64,000 bases of DNA from an uncultured bacterium (GTDB lineage: Bacteria; Bacillota_I; Bacilli_A; Acholeplasmatales; Anaeroplasmataceae), in the NCBI GenBank assembly GCA_949293265.1, contig CASFCK010000003.1, positions 9,264 through 73,263 on the forward strand. The letters run 5' to 3'. Shown one piece after another: positions 19,970 to 29,540 of the stretch. The notes under the pieces were generated by a model. That model worked only from the letters and a program-made list of their open reading frames with translations, was not told where the DNA came from and ran no database searches. The position numbers were made by a program, and so were the translations under genes. Each line of letters starts with the position of its first letter. Position 1 is the first letter of the stretch.

Positions 19970-22387
19970 ATGGAATATACTTATTTTGATAACAAAGAAA
20001 GTTTTAAAAAAGCCTTTGTTAATAATGTTGAAAATAAATATGCGATTGAATTTTGTGATTCAACACCTTATCAACAATTTGTTGTTTTAGGTGAAATGTT
20101 AAGAATGTATGTTGCTAAAGATTGGCACCAAACAGATGAAATCTTAAGAAAAAATAAAAATAAAGTTACCTATTACTTTTCAATGGAATTTTTAATGGGT
20201 AGAATGATAACAAATAACCTAATGAATGCAGGTGTATACAACGTAGTTAAAGAAGCATTTGATGATTTAGGTCTAGATTTAAATGAAGTTGAACATCAAG
20301 AAAGTGATGCCGGTTTAGGTAACGGTGGTTTAGGTAGACTTGCCGCTTGCTTTATGGATTCAGTTGCCTCACTTGGCTTACCTGTTCGTGGTAATTGTAT
20401 TAGATATCGTTATGGGTTCTTTGAACAAGGTATTAAAAATGGTTATCAAGTAGAACACCCAGACCGTTGGTTAAAAGATGTTCACGTATGGGAAATAAGA
20501 AAAGATGATGAAGCAGTAGAAGTTCCTTTCTATGGCTATATCGAAATGAATACTGAAAATGGTAAATTAAATGTTTTACATCGTAATGCTGAATATGTAA
20601 AAGCTGTTCCTTATGATGTGCCTATTATTGGTGATAATAATCATATTGTTAATACCTTACGTTTATGGAGTGCTGAACCAGCTTCAACATATCCAGATAA
20701 TGCATTTGAATATCATCGTCGTATTAGAGAAATATCATCATATTTATACCCATCTGATGATACAATTGAAGGTAAAACATTAAGATTAAAACAACAATAT
20801 TTCTTTGTTAGTGCCGGTGTTGCTTCTGCTATTAGAAGACATAAAAAGATTTTTGGTACAGTTAACAATTTAGATAAAAAGATTTGTTTCCATATCAACG
20901 ATACTCACCCAACTTTAATAATACCTGAATTAATGCGTATCTTAGTTGATGTTGAAGGCTTAGATTGGGATAAAGCTTGGAAGATTGTTAAAAATTGTTG
21001 TGCATATACAAACCATACAATCTTAGCAGAAGCTTTAGAAAAATGGCCATTAGATTTATTTAGAAATTTATTACCGCGTATTTATACAATTTGTGAAGAA
21101 ATAAATCGTCGTTTAATGCTAGAAATAACAGCTAAATATGGTGAAAACAGTCCATATTTACATGAATTAGCTATAATTAAAGATAACACAATTCATATGG
21201 CTGCCTTATGTATTCATGGCTCATTTAGCGTTAATGGTGTTGCTGCACTACATACAGAAATATTAAAAAACATTGAAATGAAACCATTCAATGATTATTA
21301 TCCAACTAAATTTAATAATAAAACAAATGGTATAACTCATCGTCGTTGGTTAATTCAATCTAATCCAGAATTAGTTGAAGTAATTAAAAAATATTGTGGT
21401 GATGATTTTAGTAAAGATATGACAAAACTAGAAAAATTATTACCATATGCTGATGATCCAGAAGTTCAATTAGCTTTTGCAAATATGAAGAGAATTCGTA
21501 AACAAGAATTAGCTAATAAAATTTATCGTTCTCAAGGTGTAAGCTTAGACATTAATTCAATATTTGATATTCAAGTTAAACGTCTTCATGAATATAAACG
21601 TCAATTAATGAATGCTATTCACATTATGTATTTATATAATAGATTAAAATCAGATGCTGATTTTAAAAAGAATTTCTACCCAACAACATTCATCTTTGGA
21701 GCAAAATCAGCACCAAGTTATGTATTTGCTAAGGCAGTAATTAAGCTAATTAATACTATTGCTGATAAAGTTAATAATGATGTAGATATCAATAAATATT
21801 TAAAAGTAGTATTCGTTGTAAATTATAATGTTACATATGCTGAAACAATTATACCAGCAGCCAACGTTTCTGAACAAATCTCAACAGCTTCAAAAGAAGC
21901 ATCAGGAACTTCAAATATGAAATTTATGATGAACGGAGCTGTAACTTTAGGAACATTAGATGGAGCTAACGTTGAAATCAAAGATTTAGTTGGTGATGAT
22001 AACATAGTTATTTTTGGTATGAATGCTGATGAAGTAAACGAAGCTTATAAAAAGCATGATTATAATCCATATTCATATTATGAAAATGATCCAAGATTAC
22101 ATTTAGTATTAGATGAATTAACTAATGGTTTCTTTGACAAAGTTGCCCCTAATGAATTTGAAATCATCCGTAATAATTTATTATATCAAGATAATTATTT
22201 TGTATTACGCGATTTTGATGCCTATGTAAAAGCACATGAACAAATAAATTCATTATATAAAGATCAAAAGAAATGGTTACACATGTCTATCATAAATACA
22301 GCTAAATCAGGTTATTTCACTACTGATAGAACTATGGAACAATATAATGAAGACATTTGGCATTTAAAGCCAATAACTAATGAATAA
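19970..22387 (+). CDS. glgP: Glycogen/maltodextrin phosphorylase
   Basis: PLP-lysine motif EASGTSNMKFMMNGA. GLGNGGLGRLAACF. AAGGAG SD. Confidence 0.95.
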   Translation: MEYTYFDNKESFKKAFVNNVENKYAIEFCDSTPYQQFVVLGEMLRMYVAKDWHQTDEILRKNKNKVTYYFSMEFLMGRMITNNLMNAGVYNVVKEAFDDLGLDLNEVEHQESDAGLGNGGLGRLAACFMDSVASLGLPVRGNCIRYRYGFFEQGIKNGYQVEHPDRWLKDVHVWEIRKDDEAVEVPFYGYIEMNTENGKLNVLHRNAEYVKAVPYDVPIIGDNNHIVNTLRLWSAEPASTYPDNAFEYHRRIREISSYLYPSDDTIEGKTLRLKQQYFFVSAGVASAIRRHKKIFGTVNNLDKKICFHINDTHPTLIIPELMRILVDVEGLDWDKAWKIVKNCCAYTNHTILAEALEKWPLDLFRNLLPRIYTICEEINRRLMLEITAKYGENSPYLHELAIIKDNTIHMAALCIHGSFSVNGVAALHTEILKNIEMKPFNDYYPTKFNNKTNGITHRRWLIQSNPELVEVIKKYCGDDFSKDMTKLEKLLPYADDPEVQLAFANMKRIRKQELANKIYRSQGVSLDINSIFDIQVKRLHEYKRQLMNAIHIMYLYNRLKSDADFKKNFYPTTFIFGAKSAPSYVFAKAVIKLINTIADKVNNDVDINKYLKVVFVVNYNVTYAETIIPAANVSEQISTASKEASGTSNMKFMMNGAVTLGTLDGANVEIKDLVGDDNIVIFGMNADEVNEAYKKHDYNPYSYYENDPRLHLVLDELTNGFFDKVAPNEFEIIRNNLLYQDNYFVLRDFDAYVKAHEQINSLYKDQKKWLHMSIINTAKSGYFTTDRTMEQYNEDIWHLKPITNE

Positions 22388-22414
22388 ATCTAAAGTTTAA
22401 CTTTAGATTTTTTT
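22386..22414 (+). terminator. Rho-independent terminator after glgP
   Basis: AAATCTAAAG-TTTAA-CTTTAGATTT followed by a T run. Confidence 0.8.
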
Positions 22415-22430
22415 CTTAATAGGTGAAAAA

Positions 22431-24155
22431 ATGAAAGAAAAATATATAGATGCTATTAACAAGAACAAACAAAAAATTAATATAATTACAATTACAAAAA
22501 TAGCATTAGTAGTTTTATTTTTAGTATTTATCATAACATATTTTACTAATTTTAATAATTTATATCTTTATCTAAGTTTAGCTAGTATTGTTTTGTTCTT
22601 CGTATTATTAGTATTTACTAACAAATATTATTTAGAAAAAAAATACTTAGATAATATTTTATTAGAAATTAAAAAACATGAAGCTAGACAAAGCGGAAAT
22701 ATCGCCAAAGAAGTAGGTTTTTTTGACAAAGGTAATGAATATAAAAGAAGATTTGCTAAACTATCTTTACGCGATAAATATTTACTTGAAGATATAGATA
22801 TATTTGGTAAAAACTCCTTATATGAACATCTATCTAGTGCTAAATCAGTTATAGGTAGGTATAGGTTTGCCGATAGTTTATGTCATGGTTCAAATGAACT
22901 TTTTAATAAACGTAAACAAATTGAAGAATTAGGTAAAAGTGCTGATTTAGTCAAGCTTCAAGCAGCATTAGATTTTACTAATTTAGCCCAAGATATTGAT
23001 GAAGAGGGTTATATTTTAAATCTTAGCCAAAAATTCAGTAAAAAAACAAAGTTGTTTTTAGGTTTAATTCCTCTTTTTATCTTTGATATAGTTGTTTTAA
23101 TATTAGGAATATTAAATATAATTAGTCCATATTTTATTTTAGTTCCAATCATTATAAATATATACTATGCAACGCTATTTAAAGATGAAATTCATTTATT
23201 AAACACAACAAATTTATATAATTCTATCTGTCAAACCCAATATGTTTTAGCATATTTAAAAAGAATAGATTTAAAATTTATAAATGAAAAATATAATGAA
23301 ACATATTTTGCAACATCAATAAAAAAATTTAAAAGATTAGCTATCTTATGGCAAGTTTTAGCTTACCGGAATAATTTATTATTTAAAATAATTTTCAATG
23401 GTCTTTGTTGTTTTGAAGCAATATATCAAATTATTTTTAATAAACTACAATTAAATGAAGAAGAAATCGCCGATATCATTAATGAAATCGCAAATTTAGA
23501 ATTATATGCTTCATATGCTAATTTAAGTTCTGATTATTATTCTAGTATAGGCGAAATAAGTGACAAATTAGAATTTATAGATTTAAGTAATATTTTAATA
23601 AATGAATGTGTACCTAATAGTTTTAAACTAAATGTTGGGACCATAATAACAGGATCAAACATGAGTGGTAAAACAACATTTTTAAGAACAATTGGTGAGG
23701 CAGTATTACTGTTTAATGCTTGTGGTTTAGTTCCGGCTGCCATGTTTAAAAGTCCACGTTTTATGTTATATACAGCTTTAAGAATCAAAGATGATTTAGC
23801 GATGGGTGTATCTAGTTTCTATGCTGAAATAGAAAAAATAAGAGAAATGGTTGAAGATAAGAGTAAGACAAATAAACTTGCTTTAATTGATGAAATATTT
23901 AAAGGAACCAACACTTTAGACCGTGTTTATGGTGCTAAAATGTTAATTAAAAAATTAGAAGAAATGAAGTATGATTTCATTATTTCAACTCATGATTTTG
24001 AATTATGTGAAGTTACAAGTATAGTTAATTATCATTTTAGTGAACAATATTCACAAGATTATAAAGAAATAAGTTTTGATTATAAAATAAAAGAAGGAAA
24101 ATCAGTTTCGACTAACGCGATCTTCCTTCTTAAAAAATCAGGTATTATTGACTAA
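22431..24155 (+). CDS. Membrane-anchored MutS-related ATPase (MutS domain V only)
   Basis: Walker A GSNMSGKTTFLRTIG, Walker B LIDEIFKGTN and STHD. Hydrophobic helices at about residues 25-65 and 205-250. No mismatch-binding N-terminal motif or Smr domain recognised. Confidence 0.75.
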   Translation: MKEKYIDAINKNKQKINIITITKIALVVLFLVFIITYFTNFNNLYLYLSLASIVLFFVLLVFTNKYYLEKKYLDNILLEIKKHEARQSGNIAKEVGFFDKGNEYKRRFAKLSLRDKYLLEDIDIFGKNSLYEHLSSAKSVIGRYRFADSLCHGSNELFNKRKQIEELGKSADLVKLQAALDFTNLAQDIDEEGYILNLSQKFSKKTKLFLGLIPLFIFDIVVLILGILNIISPYFILVPIIINIYYATLFKDEIHLLNTTNLYNSICQTQYVLAYLKRIDLKFINEKYNETYFATSIKKFKRLAILWQVLAYRNNLLFKIIFNGLCCFEAIYQIIFNKLQLNEEEIADIINEIANLELYASYANLSSDYYSSIGEISDKLEFIDLSNILINECVPNSFKLNVGTIITGSNMSGKTTFLRTIGEAVLLFNACGLVPAAMFKSPRFMLYTALRIKDDLAMGVSSFYAEIEKIREMVEDKSKTNKLALIDEIFKGTNTLDRVYGAKMLIKKLEEMKYDFIISTHDFELCEVTSIVNYHFSEQYSQDYKEISFDYKIKEGKSVSTNAIFLLKKSGIID

Positions 24156-24908
24156 ATAATTTAAAGCTCCGTTTTCTAAATATGATGGAACAATAATATC
24201 AGCTTTATTCTTTAATATATCTTCACCATTCTTAGTGGCAATTTTAAGTTTGGTTTGTTTGAACATACTTAAATCCTCAGTTGAATCACCAACACTAATT
24301 GAATTAAGATAATCACTTTGTAATTCTTTTAAAACCTGAGGTATAAAATGGCCCTTATTAATATTCTTTTTTGTTATTTTATAGATTATTTTTGTATAAT
24401 CTTGACCAATTAATTGGAGATTAATGCTATCTTGATTAAATAAATGAGATAGCATTTTACTATTTTTATATATACAAATAATAATATTTGTGTAGTAATC
24501 TGGTTTAAAATCTTGAAAGCTTTTAATAAAGTTAGTTTTTAAGGGTTTAATAGGATATAAGGCTCGCAGTCTATCTTCATAATTATAAATATTGAAGGTT
24601 AAATCAGTTTCATAAAATAAAAAGATAATATCACTAATATAATTATTTATAATACTTAAATCAGCTAAAAAAACTTCCTTATAAATTTTATTATTAAGGT
24701 TAAGGTAAGCACCTGAATCAGCAATATAATTAAATTTAATACCATTTAATTCCATTATGTATTCCATGTCACTTGGAAAGACATTAGAAGTTAATATTAA
24801 ATTATTTTTTTCATTAATTGTTGTTAGTAATTGTTTTTGTTCTGGTGTAAAAAATCCAACCTGACCACAAATAGTATTTTGTAAATCTAAAAAAATAGTT
24901 TTTCGCAT
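24138..24908 (-). CDS. HAD-superfamily hydrolase, Cof-like (subfamily IIB) with an atypical motif I
   Basis: Motif I reads FLDLQNT (DxQ instead of DxD). Motif IV is GDSTEDLSMF. GGGTGAT SD upstream of ATG 24908; the track start 24947 is further upstream. The 3' end overlaps the convergent MutS-like gene by 18 nt. Confidence 0.7.
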   Translation of the reverse strand: MRKTIFLDLQNTICGQVGFFTPEQKQLLTTINEKNNLILTSNVFPSDMEYIMELNGIKFNYIADSGAYLNLNNKIYKEVFLADLSIINNYISDIIFLFYETDLTFNIYNYEDRLRALYPIKPLKTNFIKSFQDFKPDYYTNIIICIYKNSKMLSHLFNQDSINLQLIGQDYTKIIYKITKKNINKGHFIPQVLKELQSDYLNSISVGDSTEDLSMFKQTKLKIATKNGEDILKNKADIIVPSYLENGALNYLVNNT

Positions 24909-25003
24909 TAATATCACCCTTATGATATATATATCATATTTAAACAAAAAAATAAAGATTTTTAAATAAAATAGTGTTATAATAAAGAGAAGTAGGTGAT
25001 TTA

Positions 25004-25759
25004 GTGATTAATGCAATATTAAAATTTGATTGGTCTTTGATAATTGGCTTTTTTTGTGGCATAGCTACAGGATTTATTATTCTTTTTTTAATTTATTTAT
25101 TATATGTTTTATTTAACATAAAAAAGAAAAATAAGATAATTTTAAGTAAAGAAGAAATTACAAAAGAAGAAGCTATCAAAAGAATCAATAGAACTAAATT
25201 AGCCTTTAAAGAGAAAAAATTAAGAGGAACAAAAAGTATTAACTACACCTACAACTTATGCGCGAAATTAATTGAAGATACCGCAACTGATTTTTTCCCT
25301 AATTCTAAACATCCAATATTTGAACTTACAATTGACGAATTATTAGAGTTAATGACTTATATACGTAATAGAATCGATGAAATGTTAGATTATAAAGGTA
25401 TAAGTTTATTAAGAAAGCTTAAAATTTCCACGATATTAAATTTAGCAGATACTAAAAAAGTTATTGAAGAAAATGAAATAGTAAAAGCTACAAAAAAATA
25501 TCGTTTAAAATCTTCATGGCAAGCGGCAAAAAAAGTTATTAATTTAATTAATCCATTATGGTGGGCTAAAAAATTAGTTATTGATGGTACATTTAATATT
25601 TTGCTAAATAAAATGTGTATTGTTGTAATAGGTATTGTTGGTGAAGAAACATATAAAATATATTCTAAAAAAGTGTTTTTTAAAGAAGATAGCTTTAATA
25701 TAACAACTGAAGATCTAAAATCTTTAAACGAGGTGAATATCAATGAAGAAGAAAATTAA
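25004..25759 (+). CDS. Membrane protein of unknown function, upstream of and overlapping the ftsK-like gene
   Basis: GTG start after AGGTGAT. N-terminal hydrophobic stretch WSLIIGFFCGIATGFIILFLIYLLYVLF. No motif recognised. Confidence 0.5.
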   Translation: MINAILKFDWSLIIGFFCGIATGFIILFLIYLLYVLFNIKKKNKIILSKEEITKEEAIKRINRTKLAFKEKKLRGTKSINYTYNLCAKLIEDTATDFFPNSKHPIFELTIDELLELMTYIRNRIDEMLDYKGISLLRKLKISTILNLADTKKVIEENEIVKATKKYRLKSSWQAAKKVINLINPLWWAKKLVIDGTFNILLNKMCIVVIGIVGEETYKIYSKKVFFKEDSFNITTEDLKSLNEVNINEEEN

Positions 25760-27797
25760 AAATGTAGTTATTGAAGAAAAATTTAAAATTCCCCAAATTG
25801 ATTTAAAGCATTATGATGGTTTAAAAAAGAACAAACCAAATTTTGAAAGAACAATAGCCGCCTCACCTTATTTTGGGAGTAAGGTTAAGGATAAGATTTT
25901 AGTACCAGATACTAAAGGTAAGGTTGATGTTGATAAAGGTTATGATGCGTTTAGACCAAAAGATGAAAAACATATTTCTGATGAAGAGCTAATAGCTAAA
26001 TATGGGACTAAATATTATGACTTCAAAATTTTAAATGAGAAGAAGCGTAAAGAAGTTTTGGGCGTGAATTATGAGGAACCTAAAAAAGTAGAAGAAGAAA
26101 CCGTTACTGAAGATGATGAATTAAGCTTTAGAACAGTTAAAGAAGAACCTTATCAAAGTCAAATATATTACAGGGATAAAGTAGAAGAAGACGACGAAGA
26201 ATATATAAATAAAGAGCCTAAATATGTAAATACTTACAATCAAGTAGAGTCAAAAGAATATGAATTACCAGAAGATAAAAGTGAAGTTAAATTAGATTTA
26301 GGTTTAGTAGATGAATTATTTGAAGAACAAAGTAATGAAGAAGTAAAAGAATATGAATTACCACCTTTAACAATATTTAAACATGCCGATGTCAGTGAAG
26401 ATGAGGTACCAGAATGGATTATTGAGAAAAAAGAAATTATCAATAAACTATTACAAGACTTTGATATTGAAGGTGAAGTTGTTAATTATGTTAAAGGCCC
26501 AGCATTTACACGTTATGAAATAATGTTACAATCTGGGGTTAAAGTAAATAAAGTATCTAGCTTATATGATAATTTTCAAATGGAATTAGGGGCAAAATCA
26601 ATTAGAATTTTAGCGCCAATTCCTGGTAAGAAGACTGTAGGTATTGAAGTACCTAATGATAAAACCGAAACTGTTTATTTTGGTGATATAATTAATGATA
26701 AATTCGTTAATGATAACAAACCATTAAGAGTGGCATTGGGTAAAAATATCGATGGTGAAACAATTTATAAAGCAATTGACGATATGCCACATTTATTAGT
26801 AGGTGGGGCGACTAAAAGTGGTAAATCCGTATGTATTAATACAATTTTAATCTCACTATTAGTTAAAAATAAACCTAGTGATTTAAAGCTTATTTTAATT
26901 GATCCTAAGAAGGTAGAAATGAGTTTTTATGAAGAATTACCACACTTAGTTACACCGGTTATTAACGACCCACAAATGGCTTCAGTAGGCCTTAAATGGG
27001 CTGTTGATGAAATGGAGAGACGCTATGATGATTTAGCTAAAGCTCATGTTAGAAATATTGAAGATTACAACAGGAAAGCAAAACTAAATCAAGCGTTAAA
27101 ACCAATGCCTTATATTGTTATTATAATCGATGAGTTAGCCGATTTAATGATGACTTGTTCATCAGATGTTGAAGATAGTATTAAGCGGATCACGCAAAAA
27201 GCTAGAGCGGCTGGTATTCATTTAATAGTTGCTACTCAAAGACCTAGTGTTCAAATTGTATCTGGTAATATTAAAGCTAATATACCTTCACGTATTAGTT
27301 TTAAAGTTGCAAGTTTTGTTGACTCTAATACGATATTAGATGAAGCAGGGGCAGAAACCTTACTTGGACGTGGTGATATGTTAATTAAAGATAATGATCA
27401 ACCAGAAAGAGTCCAAGGCGCTTATATATCTGATGACGAAATTAGTGCGGTTTGTGACTTTATTCGTGATGAATGCGAACCACAATATATTTTCACTCAT
27501 GATGATCTTAAAAAACAAATTGAAGAAGTTAGAGAAACTAGAGATTTAGGTTTACAAGAAGCTGAAAGCACGATTTATGAAGTTGCAAAATTCTGTATAA
27601 TGGAAGGTGGAGCATCTATTAATGGTATTCAAAATAACTTTGGATTTGGTTTTAATAGAGCCCAGAGAATCGTTACCCTTTTAGAACAACGTCATATTTT
27701 AGGACCTAAAACTGGTTCGACAAAAGGAAGAGAAGTTTTAATCACTTTAAGTGATTTAAATAATATGTTTGGTAAATCTAATGAAGAAGATTTATAG
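25743..27797 (+). CDS. ftsK: FtsK/SpoIIIE-family DNA translocase without a transmembrane domain (SftA-like architecture)
   Basis: Walker A GGATKSGKSV, Walker B IIIDELADLMM and a gamma wHTH domain (INGIQNNFGFGFNRAQRIVTLLEQRHILGP). The first 200 or so residues are charged, with no hydrophobic helix. Confidence 0.9.
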   Translation: MKKKIKNVVIEEKFKIPQIDLKHYDGLKKNKPNFERTIAASPYFGSKVKDKILVPDTKGKVDVDKGYDAFRPKDEKHISDEELIAKYGTKYYDFKILNEKKRKEVLGVNYEEPKKVEEETVTEDDELSFRTVKEEPYQSQIYYRDKVEEDDEEYINKEPKYVNTYNQVESKEYELPEDKSEVKLDLGLVDELFEEQSNEEVKEYELPPLTIFKHADVSEDEVPEWIIEKKEIINKLLQDFDIEGEVVNYVKGPAFTRYEIMLQSGVKVNKVSSLYDNFQMELGAKSIRILAPIPGKKTVGIEVPNDKTETVYFGDIINDKFVNDNKPLRVALGKNIDGETIYKAIDDMPHLLVGGATKSGKSVCINTILISLLVKNKPSDLKLILIDPKKVEMSFYEELPHLVTPVINDPQMASVGLKWAVDEMERRYDDLAKAHVRNIEDYNRKAKLNQALKPMPYIVIIIDELADLMMTCSSDVEDSIKRITQKARAAGIHLIVATQRPSVQIVSGNIKANIPSRISFKVASFVDSNTILDEAGAETLLGRGDMLIKDNDQPERVQGAYISDDEISAVCDFIRDECEPQYIFTHDDLKKQIEEVRETRDLGLQEAESTIYEVAKFCIMEGGASINGIQNNFGFGFNRAQRIVTLLEQRHILGPKTGSTKGREVLITLSDLNNMFGKSNEEDL

Positions 27798-28662
27798 GAA
27801 ATATATTGACGAAGCAATTAAAAATAATTATGAATTAAAAATATGCCAAGATTTAATTTTTAAAGATGTAATATTTGATTCATCTTTTAGATTCTTATTT
27901 ATTTTATTGTTTCTAATTTATAGTTTTTTAAATCAAGAAATCTTAATTAAAATAACTAATATTTCAGCAGATACAATTTTAAATCATGAGGTCTTAATCA
28001 ATAGTGCGGCATTTTATTTTACATGGATTATTATTTTATTAATAATTTTATTTATTGCAAACATAATTGCTTCAATATTGCTTAAATGTTTAAAAAAAAT
28101 TAATTTAAAAAAGATATATCATTATTATAAAATCTATGACCTATTAAAATTTATTTGTAGTATTTGGGTAATCATCAATTTTATAATCGTTTATATAATT
28201 ACTCCAGTTACTATCGATGGAATATCGATGGAAGATAGTTATTATAATAATGACAAAGTATTATTATGGCATTTTGGTTATAAAGCTGATGATAATGATG
28301 TTGTTGTAATAGATGCAAGTAACTATGGTGATACTTCTAGTTTTTACATTAAAAGAATAGTAGCTATTCCTGGTGATGAAATAGAATATACTCTAAATGC
28401 TTTATATGTAAATGATAAATTAGTTTGCCAAAAACTAACAATTACCGAATGGAATATAATTATTAATAGCGTTGGTTTATTTAACTGCGCAAAAATAAAT
28501 ATACCAGATAATAAATATTTACTTTTAGGTGACAATCGTAATCATAGTAGTGATTCAAGGTATTTTGGCCTTGTAGATAAAAAAGATATTATAGGTAAAA
28601 TCATTTTACGTTATTATCCTTTTAATAGATTTGGTATACCTAAAAGTTTAATTAAACAATAG
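27781..28662 (+). CDS. lepB: Signal peptidase I with a long multi-TM N-terminal extension
   Basis: Catalytic Ser box DGISMEDS, Lys box YIKRIVAIPGDE and GDNRNHSSDSRYFG. About 150 aa with about 3 hydrophobic helices precede the Ser box. The start is uncertain: ATG 27781 or TTG 27769. Confidence 0.85.
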   Translation: MKKIYRKYIDEAIKNNYELKICQDLIFKDVIFDSSFRFLFILLFLIYSFLNQEILIKITNISADTILNHEVLINSAAFYFTWIIILLIILFIANIIASILLKCLKKINLKKIYHYYKIYDLLKFICSIWVIINFIIVYIITPVTIDGISMEDSYYNNDKVLLWHFGYKADDNDVVVIDASNYGDTSSFYIKRIVAIPGDEIEYTLNALYVNDKLVCQKLTITEWNIIINSVGLFNCAKINIPDNKYLLLGDNRNHSSDSRYFGLVDKKDIIGKIILRYYPFNRFGIPKSLIKQ

Positions 28663-28670
28663 GAGGGCGT

Positions 28671-29540
28671 ATGGAAGAAAAAGTAACAAAACCTAATATT
28701 AATTGGTTTCCTGGTCATATGGCAAAGGCTAGGCGCGAATTAGAAGCTAAAATTAAACTTGTTGATTTAATAATTGAATTACGAGATGCTAGAATTCCTT
28801 TCTCTTCGGCTAACCCTCTATTTTCTAGTTTAATTAATAATAAACCGCGCTTAATAATTTTAGTGAAATCATTAATGGCAGATCCAAAAATTACAAAAGA
28901 TTTTACTAATTATTTCAATAAAAATGGTAATCTTTGTTTAGATGTTGATATGATTAATAATAAAAATATTAGTTTAATTAAAAATTATATAAAATTAGCT
29001 AGTAAAATGGTAATAGAAAAAAGAGAAAAACAAGGAATTATCAACAAAGAAATTAAAATAGTTGTTATCGGGATACCAAACGTCGGAAAATCAACATTTA
29101 TCAATAAGTTAGCTGGTAAAAGTAGTTTAAACGTAGGAAATAAACCGGGAATAACTAGGAATACTAATACCTGGTTAAGGGTAGATAAAGATTATTTAAT
29201 ACTAGATACACCAGGTATTTTGTATCCTAAACTAAAAGATGAAATGACAGCTATTAATTTAGCACTATGTGGAGCAATAAAAGAAGAAATATTGCCTGAA
29301 GATTATTTAGCTTATCATGCTGTTTTGTATTTAAAGGCAAATTATCCACAAAATTTAAAACAAAGATATGAACTATCTGAATTAAATGATGTTGAATCAA
29401 TTATTTTAGAGATAGGTAAAAAAAGAGGATGTTTAAAAAAAGGTGGCGAAATTGATTTAACGAAAACTTATAAATTGATTTTGCAAGATGTAAAAAATGC
29501 TAGGTTAGGAGCAATAAGCTATGAACGACCAAATGAATAA
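28671..29540 (+). CDS. rbgA: Ribosome biogenesis GTPase A (YlqF/RbgA)
   Basis: NWFPGHMAKA. Circularly permuted G motifs: GIPNVGKSTFIN and DTPG. Confidence 0.93.
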   Translation: MEEKVTKPNINWFPGHMAKARRELEAKIKLVDLIIELRDARIPFSSANPLFSSLINNKPRLIILVKSLMADPKITKDFTNYFNKNGNLCLDVDMINNKNISLIKNYIKLASKMVIEKREKQGIINKEIKIVVIGIPNVGKSTFINKLAGKSSLNVGNKPGITRNTNTWLRVDKDYLILDTPGILYPKLKDEMTAINLALCGAIKEEILPEDYLAYHAVLYLKANYPQNLKQRYELSELNDVESIILEIGKKRGCLKKGGEIDLTKTYKLILQDVKNARLGAISYERPNE

